NCBI GenBank assembly: GCA_030018435.1
Contig: JASEEY010000005.1
Coordinates: 38 to 64,037 of the forward strand
DNA length: 64,000 bases
Reading direction: 5' to 3'
From: Methanocellales archaeon
Lineage (GTDB): Archaea; Halobacteriota; UBA148; JAUWXC01
Made by a program: the position numbers and the translations under genes. Below are positions 21,395 through 29,836 of the stretch, piece by piece (the first letter of the stretch is position 1; each line of letters begins with the position of its first letter). The notes under the pieces were generated by a model, which saw nothing but the letters and a program-made list of their open reading frames with translations, did not search any database and was not told the origin of the DNA.

Positions 21395-23239
21395 ATGATG
21401 AAGAATATGACGATACCAAAGACGATTTGGCGGCTTCTAATTATAGCAATACTCATAGCGATTGTATCTGCTTTGGGGATATCGTTATTAACCGTAAGTG
21501 TTTCTGCGGATGGAGGGATGGGTGGACCCGATTGTGTTCACTGTCATGATATCAAAGGAGGAGATGAGGGGCATAAGGGACATGTGGACGTTTCCGCGAT
21601 GAATCAAACGAATTCAATTCACGTCAATTTAAACAGCGGTGTTAGTACGTCCTTAAATCCTGATAATAAGCGTTGCTGGGCATGTCACGGCAATGGCACT
21701 CAACCCTCTGGACACGGGCACCCATCTAATTACAAGAGCCCTTACATCTGCTTGGATTGCCACATTTCTGGTGGCTCTCAGGTTGAGAAGTATAATGCTC
21801 CAATCGTCTTTGAGCACTACAGGAATGGCATGGACATAAAGGCGGCAACAAATGCATCAACAGACGTATTGGCCTGTATATCCTGTCATCAAAACGTGAA
21901 TGAGATGGTCTTATCAAACTCTGACCCTGATTATGGTCACAACATAACTGATGTAGATAAAGACGGAGTCCAAGGTGGCCCTAACTGTACCTATCACTAT
22001 GGCAGAAAGAGAACTGATCTGCAAACTGGTACTCCTCCCTATACCAACTGTTCATACTGCCATCAGAACGCCTCGACGGCATTTCCCTTTGTCAATGCAG
22101 ACCTCAAGAACCTTGAGAATCACACGCCAAGGATTACGAATCCCAGTTGTGTTGATTCCAGATGTCATGATGTTGGCCGGATACACAATTCAACACTGAA
22201 GATGCCGACGACCGTGGATTATACGCTGTGTACTGACTGTCATGGAGGCAAGAGCAGACATAACGATACTCTGGATTGCACAAAATGTCACGGGAATGCC
22301 ACGAACAAGATTCATCCAATCTTATATCTTGCATCTGACGGTACTTTTTCCACTTCGAACGTTTCGGCAGTGAACTGTATATCATGTCATCAGGAAGGAT
22401 ATATGGGCCCGCAAGTTTCTGATCCACTTCACCACAGCGAAGTAAACACAGGACAGCGCTGGGGCGATTATTGGACAGACGATTTATCCGCATGCACATA
22501 CTGTCATGACGATACAAAGCATGACGCAATAGCATTGGGAAGACCGGCAAATTGGAAAGGAGACAACATCGTTGGCTCATCCGTCAACAACAGCTACTGG
22601 TGTGCAGGCTGTCATTATCAGGGATACCAAAGTGGTGCACACAGCTACGAAAATATGGTTAACACATTCAATGGCTCTGGCTTAAACATCCCGCCAGAAA
22701 TCACCAACGGCACGTATGCACCCAACGTAACAGGATTCTATGAACACGTATGCGCTAACTGGTCAGATGCGCTCTGCAAAGAATGTCATGGCAAGTTTGT
22801 CAGCGGTTATAATGTAACCGAACTCATGCACAACGTTTCAGACGGCAGCTGCGGTAACTGCCACTATGACTTTGCATATATGAATGATGCCCGAAATGCG
22901 CCCACGAAATACGTGAACAGCACGATGTTCAATGCGAGCGTGCATGGGCCATCGTCGGGAATAGGGTGCGTAGACTGCCATACTACCTCAAATCATCCTT
23001 ACCCGGAGTATTACTGGAAGTGGTGCGAGTGCTGCCATGCCGTACAATCTAACCCTGTCGATGATACGGACAGGCACAACGTCACATCTGATGTGCGGAA
23101 CAACATGGTTGACGGTGTTTCAGTCCTCAGCATAATCGACTGTAAGACATGCCACAATGCAACCTCTTACGAAAATGCAAAGACCAATTTTGGATTGTGC
23201 AGATGGTGCCATACATATCCTGATAAAACATATGAGTGA
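21395..23239 (+). CDS. Multiheme c-type cytochrome, about 16 CxxCH plus one CX4CH, N-terminal signal anchor
   Basis: Counted CxxCH: CVHCH, CWACH, CLDCH, CISCH, CSYCH, CTDCH, CTKCH, CISCH, CTYCH, CAGCH, CKECH, CGNCH, CVDCH, CECCH, CKTCH, CRWCH, plus CVDSRCH; hydrophobic N-terminus. Confidence 0.85.
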   Translation: MMKNMTIPKTIWRLLIIAILIAIVSALGISLLTVSVSADGGMGGPDCVHCHDIKGGDEGHKGHVDVSAMNQTNSIHVNLNSGVSTSLNPDNKRCWACHGNGTQPSGHGHPSNYKSPYICLDCHISGGSQVEKYNAPIVFEHYRNGMDIKAATNASTDVLACISCHQNVNEMVLSNSDPDYGHNITDVDKDGVQGGPNCTYHYGRKRTDLQTGTPPYTNCSYCHQNASTAFPFVNADLKNLENHTPRITNPSCVDSRCHDVGRIHNSTLKMPTTVDYTLCTDCHGGKSRHNDTLDCTKCHGNATNKIHPILYLASDGTFSTSNVSAVNCISCHQEGYMGPQVSDPLHHSEVNTGQRWGDYWTDDLSACTYCHDDTKHDAIALGRPANWKGDNIVGSSVNNSYWCAGCHYQGYQSGAHSYENMVNTFNGSGLNIPPEITNGTYAPNVTGFYEHVCANWSDALCKECHGKFVSGYNVTELMHNVSDGSCGNCHYDFAYMNDARNAPTKYVNSTMFNASVHGPSSGIGCVDCHTTSNHPYPEYYWKWCECCHAVQSNPVDDTDRHNVTSDVRNNMVDGVSVLSIIDCKTCHNATSYENAKTNFGLCRWCHTYPDKTYE

Positions 23240-23245
23240 TGAAAT

Positions 23246-23668
23246 ATGCTGTCAAGTAGAAGAAAAGCGGTCATAATCGGCATTGCGATGGTGATGGTTG
23301 CCACATCACTGACAGCATATGCCCTATTTTTCGGCGGTCACACGCTCTACACTAGGAAGGATTCTCCAGATTACGGCTCTGCAGAGTTCTGCGTTAAATG
23401 CCATCCGGATGTCGTCGCCACAGCGATGGTCGGCGCGCATCAAAACGCAGGATGCATCTGCCATGGCTATCGTCCAGAAGAGGGCATCAATTTAGCGCAC
23501 AACCTGACCAAGCAGATATACTGCACGAACTGCCATTCGAACTATGACGCAGAAGGAAACATCACCATTCATGAAGGGGTGAGCGGATTAAATCAGTCAG
23601 GGCATTATATTACGAACTATACCGCTACGCTTTACAATAATTCACAACAATTCTTCAGCGGTAGTTAA
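23246..23668 (+). CDS. Small membrane-anchored c-type cytochrome (2-3 heme sites)
   Basis: N-terminal TM; CVKCH, CTNCH and an atypical CICH. Confidence 0.6.
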   Translation: MLSSRRKAVIIGIAMVMVATSLTAYALFFGGHTLYTRKDSPDYGSAEFCVKCHPDVVATAMVGAHQNAGCICHGYRPEEGINLAHNLTKQIYCTNCHSNYDAEGNITIHEGVSGLNQSGHYITNYTATLYNNSQQFFSGS

Positions 23669-23670
23669 CT

Positions 23671-24171
23671 ATGGTCAGAAGAGCGTTAATTTTGTTCACG
23701 GTATTAATTTTACTGGAAGCGTTGGTTCCTATAACGAGCGCCACCGAGATTCAGTGGCATGGATATGAAGAGGGTATGGCGCTTGCCAACTCCAACAATA
23801 TGTCAGTTATGATCGATTTCTATACGGAGTGGTGTGGGTATTGTAGAAAACTGGACGACGAAGTGTACGTGGATGACGAGATCATCGCGTTATCTGAAAA
23901 TTTTGTGAATATCAAGGTCGATTGTAATGCCCGTCCTGATCTACGGCAGAAATATGCTGTAACGGGCTACCCGACGATCGTGTTTTTAAATTCCAATGGA
24001 GACGAGGTTCATAGAGTGTATGGATATGTACCAGCAGATGAGTTCAAAACAGACATGCAAATCGCCTTAAACCTAAAAGATGCAACACCAACACCCACGC
24101 CTGGATTTGAAGCAGTACTTGGCGTAGCGGCGTTGATTAGTTTGGCGTTCAGGAGAAAATCGAATGACTGA
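23671..24171 (+). CDS. Secreted thioredoxin-fold thiol:disulfide oxidoreductase with PGF-CTERM sorting signal
   Basis: Signal peptide; WCGYC active site; Thr/Pro linker then PGF + TM + RRK tail (TPTPTPGFEAVLGVAALISLAFRRK). Confidence 0.75.
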   Translation: MVRRALILFTVLILLEALVPITSATEIQWHGYEEGMALANSNNMSVMIDFYTEWCGYCRKLDDEVYVDDEIIALSENFVNIKVDCNARPDLRQKYAVTGYPTIVFLNSNGDEVHRVYGYVPADEFKTDMQIALNLKDATPTPTPGFEAVLGVAALISLAFRRKSND

Positions 24172-24816
24172 TATATCTCCTTTAATCGCATTTTCTGCCG
24201 GAATCGTGAGCGTACTATCACCGTGCGTGCTCCCTCTTATTCCTGCGGTGATGACATACTCTACAGGAAAAGGACGGCTCAGGCCGTTGGCGATAGTGAT
24301 TGGACTATCGATGGCCTTCACCTCCATGGGCATAGTAGCCTCAGCCTTGGTATGGCATTCATCAGTTATGCACAATACCTGCGAATGGCTGCTGCTCTCA
24401 TAATCGTTTTTCTTGGACTTTACATGTTGTCCGAGTCACTAGAACGGAAATTGTCGATGCTAAAAAGCAGGATACTACCGAGTTTGAATCTTCCTACATC
24501 ATCTTCTAGCGTTTTAGGAGGGTTTATACTCGGACTATCGCTGGGCATCGCATGGGTGCCCTGCATAGGTCCGATACTCGGCACCATCTTAGTATTGGTA
24601 ACAATAAAAGCCAGCCTGTTCTATGGCGCGATGATGCTATTCATTTACTCACTTGGGCTAGGTATTCCGATACTTGTAATCGGCTATGTCACAAAGTCAT
24701 CTATGCAACTCGGCAAATTTGCTCGATACGGTGCAACCATCAAACGTGTTACCGGGGCAGTGCTGATCGTCGTTGGGTTATATATGATGTTACATTTTCT
24801 ACCCATAACGTTTTAA
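24164..24816 (+). pseudogene. ccdA: Cytochrome c biogenesis protein CcdA (DsbD-like), interrupted by a 1-nt frameshift near 24345-24356
   Basis: The N-terminal half (SPCVLPLIPAV) is ORF 24164-24403 and the C-terminal half (WVPCIGPILG) is ORF 24223-24816 in another frame. The junction at ttgg(g)tatggc suggests loss of one G. Confidence 0.7.
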
Positions 24817-25050
24817 GTTTCGACCGTTTTACTCTCGTCCTCTCCTTAAGACGTGGCTGATGTACTCTCTGCCCCTGCTCATTAATTCAACTAATAATTC
24901 AGCGGCATTCTTAACCAATCTGATGATGTACTCTATTAGGTACTTGGTCAATTGAAAAGGATCTCTAAGCGATTAGATAAGCCCACCATGTCAAAACAAG
25001 GGTTATCTTTTTATGTATGCAATTTATTAAAGTATACACAGTGAAAAGAT

Positions 25051-25356
25051 ATGCCTGCTACCGTATCTGTGCGATTGGACGATGAAATGATAAAGGATAT
25101 CGAGCTATTAAAGGAAGAGTCACAAGTGGACAGGTCTGAGATGGTGAGGAAACTATTGGACAGGGCATTAAAGCAAGCCAAGATCGAAAAAGCCATAGAA
25201 CTGCTCAGAAAGCATAAAATCTCAATTGGAAAAGCCTCTGAGTTAGCCGGGATGACTTTGTATGAAATGATCGAGCTGTGCAAGACGCGTGACATACATA
25301 TCGGGTACTCTATAGGGGACTTAAAAAAGGACTTGGATCAGTTTCCGATCAGATAA
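25051..25356 (+). CDS. UPF0175-family antitoxin (RHH-like N-terminus + UPF0175 domain)
   Basis: Sequence pattern ..IGKASELAGMTLYEMIELCKTRDI. Confidence 0.55.
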   Translation: MPATVSVRLDDEMIKDIELLKEESQVDRSEMVRKLLDRALKQAKIEKAIELLRKHKISIGKASELAGMTLYEMIELCKTRDIHIGYSIGDLKKDLDQFPIR

Positions 25357-25366
25357 GGTGTCTTAG

Positions 25367-25876
25367 TTGAGAGCAGTGTTGAATTCTACTCCGCTCATCT
25401 ATCTAGCCAAGATAAATCACTTAGACTTGTTAGGAAAAGTTTATGATCAAATCTACATCCCCACTCCTGTTTATGAAGAAACTGTCCAGAGGGGTCTGGA
25501 AAAGAAATTTTTGGATGCTGATATCATCAAGAATGCCGTTGACAGGGGAACCATTGAAGTTAGAGAGTTGACCTCGGAACAAAAGGCTGAAGCGAGGAGA
25601 CTAATCCAATTTGCAAATATAGGCGGAGGAGAGGCTGAAGCAATAGTGCTGGCAAAACATCTTAACATCGAATTGATGATAGATGATGTGGTTGCCCAGG
25701 GCGTTGCCAGAACTTTAGGATTAGATGCACACTGGACAACCAGTTTTATAATCAGACTGGTCAGCAAAAAGTTAATTTCTCGAAAAGAGGCCAGAAAAAT
25801 GATTGAAGATTTGGTGAGCAGTGGATACAGGATAAGTGAAGAAGTGCTCATCGAAATACTAAAAGTGTTGAGTTAA
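25367..25876 (+). CDS. DUF3368/COG2405 PIN-like toxin
   Basis: 169 aa; partner position downstream of the UPF0175 antitoxin; paralog of 28006-28503. Confidence 0.55.
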   Translation: MRAVLNSTPLIYLAKINHLDLLGKVYDQIYIPTPVYEETVQRGLEKKFLDADIIKNAVDRGTIEVRELTSEQKAEARRLIQFANIGGGEAEAIVLAKHLNIELMIDDVVAQGVARTLGLDAHWTTSFIIRLVSKKLISRKEARKMIEDLVSSGYRISEEVLIEILKVLS

Positions 25877-26199
25877 ATGAACTCCTCATCATAAACCAAG
25901 GGTAATACTAACCCAGGACTGAACTTAGCCCATCTATTTGCTCTTTTGTCCATTTTCTAGAGTTAGATTTTCAAAGACAAAGTTAGCCTTCTGTAGAGGT
26001 TCTTCTGCATCCTTTCTTCCCTATTTCTCTTATGTTTCTCTTATATCTGGGGGGGAGGGGATTCAGATAGGTAGATCGGGCTTACTAGATGGGGTATTTT
26101 GGTTTTGTTCCTTGAGCATTTCCGCTTAGGTTAGCAGCACCCGAAGACCTCTATAAATATTTAAATAGTCACTTAACGATGTGAAACATTGGTGATGGC

Positions 26200-26388
26200 A
26201 TGGAGAATCGCATTGAGATTAACCCAAGGGTTATGGCAGGGAAACCTATGATAAAGGGTACGAGGATTCCCATTTACCTTATTTTAGATTTGCTTGCAGC
26301 AGGGTATAAGAGCAAGGATATCGTAGCTGCAATAGAATATGCCTCAGGCATTCTCAAAAGGGAAGAGGTTGTAGAAGTAAAGGCATGA
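26200..26388 (+). CDS. DUF433-family small protein (orphan antitoxin-like)
   Basis: INPRVMAGKPMIKGTRIPIYLILDLLAAGYKSKDIVAAIEYAS matches the DUF433 pattern. Confidence 0.5.
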   Translation: MENRIEINPRVMAGKPMIKGTRIPIYLILDLLAAGYKSKDIVAAIEYASGILKREEVVEVKA

Positions 26389-26475
26389 GTTATCAATAAC
26401 TGACTCCCTTCAGTTAACACCGCTCCCTATTCCGCCTATAATGTTTTAAGTCATGAAGTAGCAGTTTGAGTTAGC

Positions 26476-27336
26476 ATGACTTTAAGAGGATGCGCATCAG
26501 CCTGCGGCGCAGGCACAATCATAAACGCCATCGCAACGTGGAAAGGTTCAGCCTTTGCCATTGATCTGCGAACCACCGCCGAGGTCGAGTTAGGCGAGGA
26601 TATGAAGCGCATTCAAGGAGAGATTAAAGGCGGTGGCGATGCTACGCTGATAGAGCGCTGCGTGGAGTTGGTGCTGCAAAAGTTCGGTTATGCAGGCGGT
26701 GCGCACGTTAGAACGAGCAGCGAGATACCCATCGCCAGAGGGCTAAAGAGCAGTTCTGCAGCGGCAAATGCAACAGTCCTAGCAACGCTGAGTGCGCTGG
26801 ACAAGAAAATGGAGGCTTTGGAAGCAGTACGCTTGGGAGTTCATGCCGCTCTCGATGTAGGAGTGACGGTAACCGGCGCCTTCGACGATGCTGCAGCCTC
26901 TTTTTTAGGTGGCATCGTGGTCACCAATAACAAGACCATGCAACTCGTGAAGAGGGTTGAAAGAGACGAGGATGTGCTGATTCTGGTGCCCGAGGAGAAG
27001 GTATTCACCGCGGAGACAAACGTGGAAAAGATGAAGTTAATCGCCCCCTGGGTGGAGCTGGCATACGATTTAGCATTAGAAGACAGATTCGAAAAGGCGA
27101 TGACGTTAAATGGTATTTTGTATTGCGTCGCTCTGGAATTTGACCCATGCATCATCATCAAGGCATTAGAAGCGGGTGCAAGCGGTGCCAGTCTATCAGG
27201 AACGGGTCCAGCGTTTTGCGCTCTTGTGAAAAAGGATAGAATAAGCGCTGTGAAAGAAGCATGGAGCGACTTCAACGGAAAAATCATTAGGACGAAGATC
27301 AATAATGAAGGTGCAAGGGTGGAAAGATGTCGTTAA
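26476..27336 (+). CDS. aroK: Shikimate kinase, archaeal GHMP-kinase type
   Basis: 286 aa with GHMP kinase motifs; archaeal-type shikimate kinase. Confidence 0.8.
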   Translation: MTLRGCASACGAGTIINAIATWKGSAFAIDLRTTAEVELGEDMKRIQGEIKGGGDATLIERCVELVLQKFGYAGGAHVRTSSEIPIARGLKSSSAAANATVLATLSALDKKMEALEAVRLGVHAALDVGVTVTGAFDDAAASFLGGIVVTNNKTMQLVKRVERDEDVLILVPEEKVFTAETNVEKMKLIAPWVELAYDLALEDRFEKAMTLNGILYCVALEFDPCIIIKALEAGASGASLSGTGPAFCALVKKDRISAVKEAWSDFNGKIIRTKINNEGARVERCR

Positions 27337-27614
27337 AGGATGTTCGGGAGAAAATCCAGAATATCGATGACCAGATCGTAGAACTCATAGCTCAACGTAC
27401 TAATCTGGCGGAAGATGTGCTGGAGGAAAAGAAAAAGGAGGGCATAGGCATCGACGATGAGGAGCAGAGGGAGATCGTGCTCAACCGGATGGTGGAAGCG
27501 GCAACAGAGCGCAATCTTGACGCGGGTGCAGTAAAACAAATCTATGAAATACTCATAGAGATGAACGTTGAACGTCAGCGCGAGCTGAGCGGAAAAGGAA
27601 AGTTGCAGCCATAG
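27327..27614 (+). CDS. Chorismate mutase (AroQ class)
   Basis: 95 aa; LKDVREKIQNIDDQIVELIAQR is a typical AroQ helix 1. Confidence 0.8.
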   Translation: MSLKDVREKIQNIDDQIVELIAQRTNLAEDVLEEKKKEGIGIDDEEQREIVLNRMVEAATERNLDAGAVKQIYEILIEMNVERQRELSGKGKLQP

Positions 27615-27680
27615 CTATCGTATTTTTCCGCCAATCCCCTCCAATAAACTAAGCGACATGTTTAAGTGTAATGAAAAGTA

Positions 27681-28022
27681 ATGATTTGTAATGTGATGAA
27701 GATGGGCAACGTCCAGGTAAGAATATCTAATGAGATGTTAGGCGAGATAGACAGGCTGAGCAGGATGCTCGAAAGCTCAAGATCAGAAGTGATCAGAAAA
27801 GCCCTTGATGATGGCATAAGTCGCATAAAAATGGAGGCGACTCTGAGAGATTACATAGATAACAAGATAACGTTGTGCAAAGCAGCTGTACTGGCTGGAA
27901 CGTCTGTCATGGAGTTTGCAGAGTACGCTGCAGAAAAGGGCATCCCATTCATGAGATATGGGGCAGAGGAGGCTGAAGAGGATCTGTTAAGGTTGAGGAA
28001 ACGGCATGAAAGTGCTGATTGA
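27681..28022 (+). CDS. UPF0175-family antitoxin (second copy)
   Basis: RISNEMLGEIDRLSRM.. RHH-like then ..LCKAAVLAGTSVMEFAEYAAEKGIP. Confidence 0.55.
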   Translation: MICNVMKMGNVQVRISNEMLGEIDRLSRMLESSRSEVIRKALDDGISRIKMEATLRDYIDNKITLCKAAVLAGTSVMEFAEYAAEKGIPFMRYGAEEAEEDLLRLRKRHESAD

Positions 28023-28503
28023 CGCTTCTTCACTGATAGCGTTAACAAAGACAGGATCGCTTGACCTCATCAAGGACGTCTTCGGCAGAGTTTTTATAAC
28101 CAAAGAGATCGAGAAAGAGATCACATCTGGCACTTTAGCTGACGTTGCAATCCTGAAGGGGAAGATCAAAGACTGGATTGAGGTCATCGAATCTCCCAGT
28201 TCCAAAGAATATTACACGAAACTAAAAGGACTGGATGAGGGAGAGTGCAGCATCCTCGGATATGCAAAGGAAAATAAAGACGTTTTACTCATATTAGATG
28301 AGGTAGAGGGCAGAGCAGTCGCAGAAGCCGAAGGTTTTACTCACACCGGAACTCTTGGATTGATCGTCTATGCCTGTGAAAAACGCATAATATCAAAATC
28401 CAGGGCGATGGGAATAATCAAGAAGCTATCCAGAAGTGAGTTCAGAATGACCACTGAGCTATATGACTGGGCCTTGACCAAGATAGAGGCTGTCAAGAAG
28501 TGA
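28006..28503 (+). CDS. DUF3368/COG2405 PIN-like toxin (second copy)
   Basis: MKVLIDASSLIALTKTGSLDLI.. PIN-like N-terminus; overlaps the antitoxin stop. Confidence 0.55.
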   Translation: MKVLIDASSLIALTKTGSLDLIKDVFGRVFITKEIEKEITSGTLADVAILKGKIKDWIEVIESPSSKEYYTKLKGLDEGECSILGYAKENKDVLLILDEVEGRAVAEAEGFTHTGTLGLIVYACEKRIISKSRAMGIIKKLSRSEFRMTTELYDWALTKIEAVKK

Positions 28504-28531
28504 TGTGGACCGCCTGAAACAAACGTATTGA

Positions 28532-29836
28532 TTATCGTATTTTTCCGGCAATCCCCTTCAACAATTCTTCGACTGCGCCCTGCACATCTTTTGGATTTTT
28601 ATCACCAAGAATGGCGACCCTGAGCGTGATGCTGAGGTGTCCCTCCCTGAGTTTGAATGTGTCTATCACTTCTGCCGATGTGACGCCATCCACGCCCTTG
28701 ACAACTTGGGCGATGATGTCTGGCTTGACGTTTTCAGCTAAAACGACGGATATGTCTCGCCTGTGATGCACCAGATTCTCAACCTTCCACTGTCGCAGCT
28801 CATCCGGACTGAGCAGCTTAACGTTCTCGATTTTCAGCTTGGTGCATTTCCCGTTTCTTTCCAGCACGAGGGTTTGAGGTGTGACCTTCCTGATAACGCC
28901 AATGTGCACAACACCGGAGTAGATGTGCTGCAGCGCCCTCTCAGTCCCAATTGAGTGCATCAGCTCCTCTATCTCGGCGATCTTTGCGTTCACGAGTTTG
29001 TCTGATCGCCTGAGTGCTGCCTCGGTATCGCCAAAGTGAGCCGCGGCCTTTCTCATCGAGCGGACAAACTCATCTACGTCATCCTTTTTGATGCCTTTCG
29101 AAAGCTCCTTACACTGGGCTATGAACGTGCTGCGCACCTTCTCCACCTCTGGATTGGTCTGAATCGTCGCATACAGGTGTGGATTCTGCGCCAGGATTCT
29201 GCCCACAAAATCGATCATGATCTCGTAGACAGGACTCATGAATCTCCGCGATTTGCCTATGTCGAAATCCAATGCGTCCAGGGTTGCACCCGTCGAGATG
29301 TATGCAAAGTGCGTCAGCCCTTGGACGACTGCCATTATTCTATCATGCTCCTCTGCAGAGAGTATCTCCACGTGTGCCCCGTTATCCTCAAAGAGGGTCC
29401 TTATCTTTGGCAGCCATCTCTCGTCCCGCCCTTCTACGGGCACCAGGATCACGGTCTGTCCTTTTATATCCGGCACCATGGGACCGAACATCGGATGCGT
29501 TCCAATTAACTCGACACCCTTTGGCGCCTTTTTCATTGCCTCCATAGGGCCTTTCTTGACCGATGTCACGTCCGTGAGCAGGCTGCCTGGCCTCATCTTT
29601 GGCGCTATCCTGGATATCACCTCCTCTGTGACATCGATTGGAACTGATATCAGCACGATATCAAAGTCTCCTGCATTTTGGGCATCGCCCAGGGCAACCC
29701 CCAGTTCGTTCGCTATTTCAGATGTGTGAGGGTCGATGTCCGCAATGGCGATGTCCATGCCCTGCCCTTTTAGAAATCGTGCGAACCACTGCCCCATCTC
29801 ACCGGCGCCGCCTACGATTAGCGTTTTAGCGCGCAT
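28532..29836 (-). CDS. tyrA: Prephenate dehydrogenase with C-terminal ACT-like domain
   Basis: 434 aa; Rossmann GxGxxG at the N-terminus; TyrA family. Confidence 0.85.
   Translation of the reverse strand: MRAKTLIVGGAGEMGQWFARFLKGQGMDIAIADIDPHTSEIANELGVALGDAQNAGDFDIVLISVPIDVTEEVISRIAPKMRPGSLLTDVTSVKKGPMEAMKKAPKGVELIGTHPMFGPMVPDIKGQTVILVPVEGRDERWLPKIRTLFEDNGAHVEILSAEEHDRIMAVVQGLTHFAYISTGATLDALDFDIGKSRRFMSPVYEIMIDFVGRILAQNPHLYATIQTNPEVEKVRSTFIAQCKELSKGIKKDDVDEFVRSMRKAAAHFGDTEAALRRSDKLVNAKIAEIEELMHSIGTERALQHIYSGVVHIGVIRKVTPQTLVLERNGKCTKLKIENVKLLSPDELRQWKVENLVHHRRDISVVLAENVKPDIIAQVVKGVDGVTSAEVIDTFKLREGHLSITLRVAILGDKNPKDVQGAVEELLKGIAGKIR

Noticed and set aside
24868-24935. Repeated gatgtactct motif in the 230-nt gap after ccdA
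   Set aside because: There are only two short (10-12 nt) copies, which could be chance. It is noted as possible regulatory DNA but is not strong enough to call.
26052-26058. G7 homopolymer as a possible frameshift site in a gene
   Set aside because: No ORF of meaningful length spans it in any frame. It lies in non-coding DNA.
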